A stretch of 31,115 nucleotides of DNA from a virus. Lineage: Duplodnaviria > Caudoviricetes. Below, piece by piece: positions 23,855 through 31,115 of the stretch. The DNA lies in IMG/VR virus record IMGVR_UViG_3300037484_001104, positions 1-31,115 of that record, one strand, 5' to 3'. A model generated the notes under the pieces. That model ran no database searches, was not told the DNA's origin, and saw only the letters and a program-made list of their open reading frames with translations. The translations under genes and the position numbers were made by a program. Position 1 is the stretch's first letter, and each line of letters opens with the position of its first letter.

Positions 23855-24208
23855 ATGGAACTAGACCCGCTTGTGCTCGCCTATATCGGCATCGCGGCCA
23901 GCGCCATCGTCTGGCTCGCAAAGCAGCTCATCAAAGTCGGAAAACCAATCCCGGACGTCTACTTAACCGCAGGCGTATATGTCGTATCCTTCGGGATCGC
24001 GCTCATCGCTTCCGCTCCGGCGCTCCCGCCACCCCCAGCCTGCCCAGACCTGGCTACCTGCGTCCCAAACGTGCTCACCTACATCGGCGAATTACTCATC
24101 CCCTTAAGTGCCTTCGTCGGATTCGCAACCCTGGTCTATCAAGCCTTACTGAAACGCGTGCTTGATGGGCTGGCAAACGCAGCCCGCAGACTTCTGACCA
24201 AGAGCTAA
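23855..24208 (+). CDS. Membrane protein with ~3 TM helices (holin-like)
   Basis: AAGGAG RBS; hydrophobic segments and a basic C-terminus. Confidence 0.6.
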   Translation: MELDPLVLAYIGIAASAIVWLAKQLIKVGKPIPDVYLTAGVYVVSFGIALIASAPALPPPPACPDLATCVPNVLTYIGELLIPLSAFVGFATLVYQALLKRVLDGLANAARRLLTKS

Positions 24209-24337
24209 ACCTATACCGGAATCGTGCCGAGATGGCACGATTCCGGATCCTACCGTCAAATAAAGCGATGGGCGCCGGCAGACATCGCCTAAAACGGCGA
24301 TGCTGGCCAGCACCACCAGAAACAGCGATGTGATCAT

Positions 24338-25021
24338 ATGTCCGACTCCCTGACCACGCTCATTGCCCGCGTCCAGGCCCAACTCCTCGACGACGGGACC
24401 TTATTCTCAACCGCGACCGTTACAGCCGCAGTCCGCCAGGCCCTGCGCGATTTCAACCAGCGCGCGCCGATCAACATGGGCGAGATCGTAGAAGTAACCA
24501 GCGGCCTGCTGGCCTACGAACTGACAGGCGGGTCCTTCCCGAGCGTAGTGCTGGATGTCCTGGACGTGCTGAAGAACGATGACCTGGGCGAAGATGACGA
24601 GCCGCTCGAATACGACAAGGTCTTCGAAGACAACCGCGTCTGGATACGCTTGCGCGATGCCGAACAGAGCGGCAACCTGCTCATCCGCTACACCCAGGGC
24701 CACACCGTCAACGGGCTCGACTCGGAAGTCGAGAGCACCATGAACGCCGACCAGGACCAGATCCTTGTAGACGGAGCTTGCGGCCACGCGATCAACATCC
24801 GCTTACTCAAACCCATCGAAGCAATCAACCTCAACCAAGCCAACGTAATCATTGCCTCCTACGAACGCGCGGCAAAGCGATTCTTCGACATCTTCAACAC
24901 CGCCATTTCCCGCTACGAAAACCGGCCCGAACCCAGGAGCGAGAAGCGTAAAACATCCTGGCTAGACAATGACATCCGGCTGACTTCCAGCAGCCAGGCG
25001 CGCAGCTTGAAAGACTTGTAA
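24338..25021 (+). CDS. Putative head-completion/adaptor protein
   Basis: N-terminal helices LTTLIARVQAQL.D...AVRQALRDFN, beta middle, C-terminal helices; position after the head genes. Confidence 0.6.
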   Translation: MSDSLTTLIARVQAQLLDDGTLFSTATVTAAVRQALRDFNQRAPINMGEIVEVTSGLLAYELTGGSFPSVVLDVLDVLKNDDLGEDDEPLEYDKVFEDNRVWIRLRDAEQSGNLLIRYTQGHTVNGLDSEVESTMNADQDQILVDGACGHAINIRLLKPIEAINLNQANVIIASYERAAKRFFDIFNTAISRYENRPEPRSEKRKTSWLDNDIRLTSSSQARSLKDL

Positions 25022-27612
25022 TGCGGGACATCGACCCCATCCTTGCAGATGGACTTGCCAACCAGAAAGGCTCAGCCATCATCCGGGTCAACACCTGGGA
25101 TGACATCAGCGATTGGTTCGCCAACCAGGACGACCCGGATCACGTCTGGATTTGCACCAGCTTCAAAATCGGGAACACTGATGCAAGTTGCACGATCATC
25201 ACGGCCAACGACTACACCATCTCAGACTTCACAGTCTTCACCATCGAGCGCGGCCTGAACATCGGCGGGACCGAATACACGGTCGAGTCCGGGCTCATGT
25301 TCGTGCGCAAGTACAAGGAAAACTACGGCAGGATCACCCTGGAAGGCTCGAGCTACCCCAATAAGAAAATATCCATCGAGCAAATAGATGGACCCTATGA
25401 AACCTACCAGGAAGTCATCGAAGCCTTTTGCGCGCGGATCGGCAAGACAGCCGTATTCAAAAACGAAGACGACGCCTGGCTCGGCTACCAGTTTTTCCCT
25501 TCCGGGAAAAACGTCAGTCTCAATAAGCCCGAATTCTTCGAGAGCCTGCTAAAGCAAAAGTACACCATCCTGGTCTATGAAGAAAGCCCAGGCAATCTCG
25601 TTTTCTACAACCAAGACAGTTACCTCTACTTCCCAACGGCAACCGCGCCAAGGGGCATCGCATGGTCACCCGAACTCGGCCTGTTTGCCACGATCTTCGC
25701 ATTGACCGATACCATCGCCACATCCGCAGATGGGATCTACTGGAAACTCAGGGACGCAGCCGAAAACAATCACTATCAAGATATTTGCTGGTCTCCCGAA
25801 CTGGGATTATTTTGCACAGTCTCCATTACCGGCACATTCAGAGTCTCCACATCCCCGGACGGGATCACCTGGACCGGCAGGACAGCGTCATCGGTCCATC
25901 AATGGGACGGCATCTGCTGGTCTCCCGAACTTGGATTGTTCTGCGCAGTCGCCTATGGCGCCGGCTTCATGACATCCCCGGACGGGATCACCTGGACAGC
26001 CAGAACCGCCCCATCAGCCAGCCTTTGGATAAAGGTTACATGGTCTCCCGAACTTGGTCTATTCTGCGCCGTCACAGAAACAGGGGACTTCGCCACATCC
26101 CCGGACGGGATCACCTGGACGGCCAGGACGGGCGACGCCGAAGATAAAACAGACATCTGCTGGTCTCCCGAACTCGGCTTATTCTGCGCCGTTGGAGCCA
26201 CCATCCTGACATCCCCGGACGGGATCACCTGGACGGCCAGGACCAACCCAGAAGCCAACAGCCTACAATCTATCGCCTGGTCTCCCGAGCTCGGCTTGTT
26301 TGCCGCAGTCGCTTCGAACGGGACCAACAGGGTGCTGACATCCCCGAACGGGATCACCTGGACAGGCCGGAGCGCAGCCGAAGCCAACGCTTGGAGATCT
26401 ATAGAATGGTCTCCCGAACTTGGCCTGTTCTGCGCGCTATCCGATGACGGCACAAACCGAGTGCAGACCAGCGCAGACGGGATCACCTGGAACGCGCTCA
26501 ATTCCACCATCGACCACAATCTTACCTACCAAGACGGCCCCGCCTCCCACATCGTGCGCGACCAGTCCGAAATACACTACCTTTGGCGCGACGAAGCGGC
26601 AACTATCCACACCGCAGGCGACACCGACCGGCCACAATGGAACCTGGGTTACCTGGAAAGCACAGACTCCCCACCGGCCACGCGCCAGGACCCCTACTAC
26701 AAAATCTTCCTACAAAAAGCGCCGGTGCGCCTGGACATCACGGACTCGGACCGCATCCACTTCGAGCCTTATTGGTCCATCGACCCAACACAAACCATCG
26801 ACGCCATGATGCAAGTTACCGAGGTCTTCGACACCAAGAAATCCCCATCCTGGTATCAAGAGATCCGCTCGATCATCCTGTTCAACGCCACCGAAGGCGG
26901 CGCGCTGCCGTCCACCATCGAACGAGTGGCCGCATACACCCCGCTGGTCACCACCAATTTCGACGGTAACCTGGACGAGACGGTCAATAATTTACAAGCG
27001 TTTGCCGAGGCCGTGGACGAGCTAGAACTAGGCACAGTCTCACCACCCATCGACGCACCGACCGCAACCAATGACTTCCTCATCGGCGCACAGGTCTCCA
27101 CAGTCTGGACCTGGGTCAAGAATACCCTGGCTCAAGCCGTGACCGTGCTGCGCACGTCACTGGACAGCATATATGCAGCCATCGTACACACCCACAAGTA
27201 CACCCTAACCTTCGGCTCTCACGCACAAGGGGGAACGGTTGGGGCAAGGCCGGGCGGAGTTGGAACATTCACTCGTGCATCTCTATCTATTTTTAATGTT
27301 GGGTTCGCCGCATCGTTGGCAGCAAACCCGATCAACTACACCGGAACGTTGAAAAATCTCAGGGTTCGTGGAACTAGTGGAGCACAACCGGCAAGTGGAG
27401 ATTTAATTATTACAATTAATGTTGCCGGAAGCGCAACGGCCCTAACCTTGACTATCCCGGCAGGGAGCACAGGAACTACCTTTGAGAATACATCAAATTC
27501 AGTAGCCTATACGGCAGGAGATTTGGTGCGCATTGACTGCGACAATTATGCCAGCGCAGCCAGCAAGCCACTCGGATTGGTCACCTTCGACATCGAAGTA
27601 GACACCAGCTAA
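25021..27612 (+). CDS. Large virion protein with a 7-repeat beta-propeller and C-terminal beta domain
   Basis: Seven WSPELGLF...TS(P/A)(D/N)GI(T/Y)W Asp-box-like repeats. Confidence 0.75.
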   Translation: MRDIDPILADGLANQKGSAIIRVNTWDDISDWFANQDDPDHVWICTSFKIGNTDASCTIITANDYTISDFTVFTIERGLNIGGTEYTVESGLMFVRKYKENYGRITLEGSSYPNKKISIEQIDGPYETYQEVIEAFCARIGKTAVFKNEDDAWLGYQFFPSGKNVSLNKPEFFESLLKQKYTILVYEESPGNLVFYNQDSYLYFPTATAPRGIAWSPELGLFATIFALTDTIATSADGIYWKLRDAAENNHYQDICWSPELGLFCTVSITGTFRVSTSPDGITWTGRTASSVHQWDGICWSPELGLFCAVAYGAGFMTSPDGITWTARTAPSASLWIKVTWSPELGLFCAVTETGDFATSPDGITWTARTGDAEDKTDICWSPELGLFCAVGATILTSPDGITWTARTNPEANSLQSIAWSPELGLFAAVASNGTNRVLTSPNGITWTGRSAAEANAWRSIEWSPELGLFCALSDDGTNRVQTSADGITWNALNSTIDHNLTYQDGPASHIVRDQSEIHYLWRDEAATIHTAGDTDRPQWNLGYLESTDSPPATRQDPYYKIFLQKAPVRLDITDSDRIHFEPYWSIDPTQTIDAMMQVTEVFDTKKSPSWYQEIRSIILFNATEGGALPSTIERVAAYTPLVTTNFDGNLDETVNNLQAFAEAVDELELGTVSPPIDAPTATNDFLIGAQVSTVWTWVKNTLAQAVTVLRTSLDSIYAAIVHTHKYTLTFGSHAQGGTVGARPGGVGTFTRASLSIFNVGFAASLAANPINYTGTLKNLRVRGTSGAQPASGDLIITINVAGSATALTLTIPAGSTGTTFENTSNSVAYTAGDLVRIDCDNYASAASKPLGLVTFDIEVDTS

Positions 27613-27724
27613 ATCTTCATGCAGATATGAACCCGCTTCAAACGGGCATCACAGCCTGCCACCCTACCCCAGAGAGTCCCCCATCCCATCCAGCACACCG
27701 TCCTAAAGCGGTGTCCCTTTAGGA

Positions 27725-27756
27725 GAAAACGCCCGGCCAGGGGCGTTTTCAATTTT
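27725..27756. terminator. Probable terminator between the convergent late operon and MTase gene
   Basis: GAAAACGCCC-GGCCAG-GGGCGTTTTC followed by AATTTT. Confidence 0.6.
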
Positions 27757-27950
27757 GGCTGCATCAGGTCACGTGAAACGAAGGCATCCAGAGAGTCCCT
27801 AATATTATATATAAAAATCATAAATATTACAACGTGCTCAGGCGTGACGTAACCAAAGTGTGAGCTTCCTGGACTTTCACAGCGCCGGCGCGTCACAGCC
27901 GTGACTGAGCTCAGCGCGTGACGGCTCGAAGCGTCACAACATCCAGAGGG

Positions 27951-28754
27951 TCACACCTGTGACATACCCACCGTGACCCCTCCAGGAGCAATCACACCAG
28001 CGAAGTCACGTTTCCTTTGCATCCGCTTCCGGCAAGCCGGGAGCGCGGCCTGCTTCTTCCCCTCCACCACCCGGCCACAGCCACACACACACAGCCGTTC
28101 CCCAACCCCCAACACACGCGCGACCTTGACCGCGCGCGCCAAGACCCGCGCCACCGGCACCGGCACGCCGTTACCGACCGCCGCATAACGCGCGGCGATG
28201 GACATCCCCGGCAGGGAGAAATCGCGCGGGAGTCCTTGCAGCTCGCAGAAATCCGCCCAGCTGCGCCGGCCGGTCTTCCGCCCTTCGATTGCCATGGCAA
28301 TCGGCTCAGGCTCGCCTTGCGGCTCGCGCCGCTCCGGGACCAGCACCCGGCCCAGCCTGCTGCCAAACTGGAAATGACGCAGCCGGAACTGCTTCATCCC
28401 ACATTCCCGCGCGTTCAGATCAAAGCGCTGGACGGTAAACCCAGGCACAACAATGTCAGGCACACGAGGAACATTTTCTAACAGGAACCAATACGGCCGG
28501 GCTTCCGTGACCACACGTGTGAATTCGCTCAGCATCTCGACACCGTAGCCGGTCACGGGCGCGCGCCGTGCCCCGCTGAATTCCTGGCAGGGACTGCCAC
28601 CGATCACACCATCGAAGCGGCCAACAGGAACATGGAAGGCTCGGATATCCCCACCCCAAAGCAGATCCGGGCCGCGTACCACCGCGAAGCCTTCGGCTTC
28701 GAAGCCACGGCCCAGCAGGTCAATACCGGGAAAGATGGAAAGAATAAGGTTCAT
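27951..28754 (-). CDS. C5 DNA cytosine methyltransferase with C-terminal Cys-rich basic domain
   Basis: FPGID (motif I), GGSPCQEFS (IV), ENV (VI), QFRLR (VIII), VGNGV (X), then CVCGCG...ACRKRMQR; AAGGAG RBS before ATG 28754. Confidence 0.92.
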   Translation of the reverse strand: MNLILSIFPGIDLLGRGFEAEGFAVVRGPDLLWGGDIRAFHVPVGRFDGVIGGSPCQEFSGARRAPVTGYGVEMLSEFTRVVTEARPYWFLLENVPRVPDIVVPGFTVQRFDLNARECGMKQFRLRHFQFGSRLGRVLVPERREPQGEPEPIAMAIEGRKTGRRSWADFCELQGLPRDFSLPGMSIAARYAAVGNGVPVPVARVLARAVKVARVLGVGERLCVCGCGRVVEGKKQAALPACRKRMQRKRDFAGVIAPGGVTVGMSQV

Positions 28755-28775
28755 GTGGTAGGTCTCCTTGCCCCC

Positions 28776-28804
28776 AGCATAGCAGATAAGGTGTGACTTG
28801 TCAA
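28776..28804 (-). promoter_or_regulatory. Sigma70-type promoter of the MTase gene
   Basis: Minus strand TTGACA-N17-TATGCT with a TGn extension; a GTCAC site lies in the spacer. Confidence 0.75.
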
Positions 28805-29040
28805 ATGCAGTGACAAACCAGTCGGTCACGGCGGTCAATGCGTCACACTTTCGCCGGTCGGCTCCATCGGCCCGCGATTACGCGGGCCTTTTTCCTACCC
28901 CGCACATCCGTGCGGGGCTTACAGCGGCTCCGCCGCAACATCCAACCCCGACGCCCTTCCCGTTTCCAAGCGAAAGCCAGCGCGCAGACGCCCACCCGTG
29001 GGCGCGCGCTTCCCGGGTCCATGACTGGAGGAGTTGGCCG

Positions 29041-29304
29041 TTATTCTTTAAATCTACAAGGAATAGCAACAATCCCCTTTAAAGCATCCGAACCAAGTTC
29101 AGAATATGGGACTACTACATTATGCCAATGCTCAGGCGGATAGTCAGGGACATTGTCATCGAAGACAACAAACTCCGCCGAAGCCCCTTTGATCTCTTCC
29201 CCTTCACCAGGAATGCCACCGTAGATCCGCCCAACGACACGCCAAACCCCATCGGCGCACCAGCAAGCATCCAAGACCAGAGAAGAAGCAGAAGACATAG
29301 ACAA
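29041..29304 (-). CDS. Hypothetical protein
   Basis: Directly follows the 29308-29625 gene; start could be ATG 29298. Confidence 0.45.
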   Translation of the reverse strand: MSMSSASSLVLDACWCADGVWRVVGRIYGGIPGEGEEIKGASAEFVVFDDNVPDYPPEHWHNVVVPYSELGSDALKGIVAIPCRFKE

Positions 29305-29307
29305 ATT

Positions 29308-29625
29308 CTATCCAATTTCCAGCGGCATCCATCCAGTAAACAAAACCCGAAGCCGTTCCACAAGGCCAAGCCGACGAGCCTTTGGAAGAAGTGCTAAATG
29401 TCTAACATCAGCTTCACCAACGTGAAGAGAAACGCGGACACGTTCAACCCCTTCTAACCCATCTAGTTGAGACGTTCGGCGGACTTCAGCAGAGTAAATC
29501 TTACCTACCCTGAGATTACGAAACAGTTCATACCCCATCTCACGCTCATAGCCTTCGATCACATGCTGAAAATGATCAGCGGACATTCCAAAAGGCCGTT
29601 CCAATTCAAAATTTAGATTGTCCAT
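29308..29625 (-). CDS. Hypothetical protein
   Basis: AAGGAGACCCTGCCA-ATG RBS motif. Confidence 0.75.
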   Translation of the reverse strand: MDNLNFELERPFGMSADHFQHVIEGYEREMGYELFRNLRVGKIYSAEVRRTSQLDGLEGVERVRVSLHVGEADVRHLALLPKARRLGLVERLRVLFTGWMPLEIG

Positions 29626-29985
29626 TGGCAGGGTCTCCTTTCCACAAATTCTACCACCGACGTTCGCACTCGCGTGGCCGCTCGCACTCAGACCCTTCGC
29701 GCGTAGGGCGCGCTCAGCGGAACCGCGCGTAAAGCGCGGGCGATCCCACCTGCCCCGCAGTGATGGCAGGCGGGGTAAACATCCAAGCGCGGACCAACGC
29801 CGCGCGCCCGCCTGAGAGCGGGATACTCAGCGCTTCGCTTATCGGCTTTTTGCAGGCCGCACGCCGGGACAAGCACCCCGGCCTAAACGCGTCCTGTGTC
29901 CCACCCTTCCGGCCCGCGACTCGCGGGCCGCTGGCTCTCCCCCCGCTTTTGGGACATTTTACACGGCGGGCAAGGCAACCCCGCT

Positions 29986-30080
29986 AGGGCAATGGGGGGG
30001 CTTGTGCCCGTTCACCCCTAAGAACATGGGGTTCACTCCCCCATTGCCCTGCGAGGCGGCGCAAAGAAAAAGAGCGCGCC
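29986..30080. promoter_or_regulatory. Structured hairpin module B
   Basis: Same 47-nt core as module A, enclosed by a different stem (AGGGCAATGG/CCATTGCCCT), followed by hairpin 30058-30080. Confidence 0.7.
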
Positions 30081-30177
30081 GGCCTTGCCTTCGCCGTGTC
30101 ATGCCCAAAGTGCAGCGGGCGGCTTCGCCCCGCATCATTCTCTCGTTTGGGCTAAAGCCCAGAAAGGTCAGTGTGCC

Positions 30178-30333
30178 ATGTCTTTAGTCTCAGTTCGTTC
30201 CCGTTTCGTTCGCGGTCACCGTGTCGTCCGTCAGGGCGCGTCAGTTCGTTGCTTTGCGTTTTGGGCTTGCCCACGCAGTGGCTGGCGGCCAGGTCAGCCG
30301 TCGCGTTATTTCAAGGGCAGCAAGGTCATTTAG
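30178..30333 (+). CDS. Small Arg-rich, A-poor protein, 51 aa
   Basis: AAAGGTCA leader shared with the 950 gene; stop is followed directly by a terminator. Confidence 0.55.
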   Translation: MSLVSVRSRFVRGHRVVRQGASVRCFAFWACPRSGWRPGQPSRYFKGSKVI

Positions 30334-30344
30334 GTTAGGCAATC

Positions 30345-30368
30345 AGCCCCTGCAAAGGGGCTTTTTTT
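30345..30368 (+). terminator. Intrinsic terminator
   Basis: AGCCCCT-GCAA-AGGGGCT followed by TTTTTT. Confidence 0.85.
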
Positions 30369-30413
30369 ATGGGGTCCGGCCTGGTCCCGGGTTCGCTCCG
30401 ACGAGCTCCGCTC

Positions 30414-30744
30414 AGTCTCTTCGCGCGTAGGGCGCGCTCAGCGGGGAGTTCGCTCCGGACATCGCTCACAACATCCCGGCTCGCGCCGCACATCCGACTG
30501 GCTTGCGCCGCGGTACGCCCACCGCGAACGGCGCAAGCAAACTTCGTTTCGGCAAAGCCCGCCGAGTCTCTTCGCGCGTAGGGCGCGCTCAGCGGGGAGT
30601 TCGCTCCGGACGTCGCTCACAACATCCCGGCTCGCGCCGCACATCCGACTGGCTTGCGCCGCGGTACGCCCACCGCGAACGGCGCAAGCAAACTTCGTTT
30701 CGGCAAAGCCCGCCGAGTCTCTTCGCGCGTAGGGCGCGCTCAGC
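30414..30744. repeat. 151-bp tandem repeat, about 2.2 copies
   Basis: AGTCTCTTCGCGCGTAGG starts at 30414, 30565 and 30716; one A/G difference seen between the full copies. Confidence 0.92.
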
Positions 30745-30966
30745 CAGAACCGCGCATAAAGCGCGGGCGATCCCCTAAACAGCAAAGCTCGCCATAAAGG
30801 CTCGCAGATCTATAAAACATCCAAGCGCAGGCGCGGCCTACGGCCCGCCAGCGCGGGACATAGATGGTGGCACCATCAAAAAAAGCGGTGCCACCATCTG
30901 AGCCGACCGGTCGACCATCGCCAGCATTAGCGGTAGCACCATGCTCGCCTAAAGGCTTCGACATGG

Positions 30967-31092
30967 TGCTACCGCTCTTTATGGCGATGCGCCCGTCGGC
31001 TCAGTCGGCGCGAGTACGCGCCGGGCAAACAAGCGGGCGTTCCCCCCTGCGCCCCCCAACGACCGGCGCCGGGACTTTCGCAGGCCCACCCC
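30967..31092. repeat. Terminal direct repeat, copy 2
   Basis: Identical to 1-126. Confidence 0.95.
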
Positions 31093-31115
31093 CCCCCCCC
31101 CCCCCCGGGGAAGCC

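Noticed and set aside
25650-26495. Regular DNA repeats suggesting a CRISPR array or DGR
   Set aside because: The repeats are in-frame propeller blades; there is no reverse transcriptase and no adenine-specific TR/VR pair was seen
28755-28838. N-terminal extension of the MTase given in the ORF track (likewise the 2969, 5811, 7857, 15999 and 19777 starts)
   Set aside because: Downstream ATGs have better RBS or operon coupling; for the MTase the extension overlaps its own promoter
30414-30744. Possible CRISPR array
   Set aside because: The sequences between the recurring motif are themselves near-identical, so this is a tandem duplication; no cas genes are present
31089-31115. Terminal poly-C tract
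   Set aside because: It starts where the end repeat diverges from the C-rich sequence at 127 onward; most likely a contig-end artefact

Overview
The window looks like a complete circular temperate virus genome of about 30,966 bp: bases 1-126 recur at 30967-31092. Integration module: tyrosine integrase, an attP matching the 3' part of a tRNA (probably His), and an Xis-like HTH gene. Early region: SLOG/DprA-like, SWIM, HNH, LexA-type DNA-binding domain only, replication initiator, SH3 lipoprotein and many small ORFs. Morphogenesis operon: holin-like, TerS, TerL, portal with a repetitive tail, fibre, protease-scaffold-capsid fusion, two paralogous beta-rich proteins, adaptor and a 7-blade propeller protein. 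There is also a C5 cytosine methyltransferase. I see no tape measure, tail tube, sheath, endolysin or CI-type repressor. The host may be Chloroflexota/Anaerolineae-like (weak inference). The most interesting signals are non-coding. (1) An ~87-nt minus-strand RNA upstream of int has a hairpin loop antisense to a conserved RBS motif (GGAGACCCTACCA) in front of seven genes, which suggests RNA-based lysogeny control. (2) Two covarying hairpin modules each precede a gene almost devoid of GA and AC dinucleotides, resembling a first-expressed or single-stranded leading region. (3) The late operon leader has a pseudoknot/double-terminator structure. (4) Dense GTSAC clusters bracket the methyltransferase. 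All product calls come from motif recognition by eye, with no database searches.
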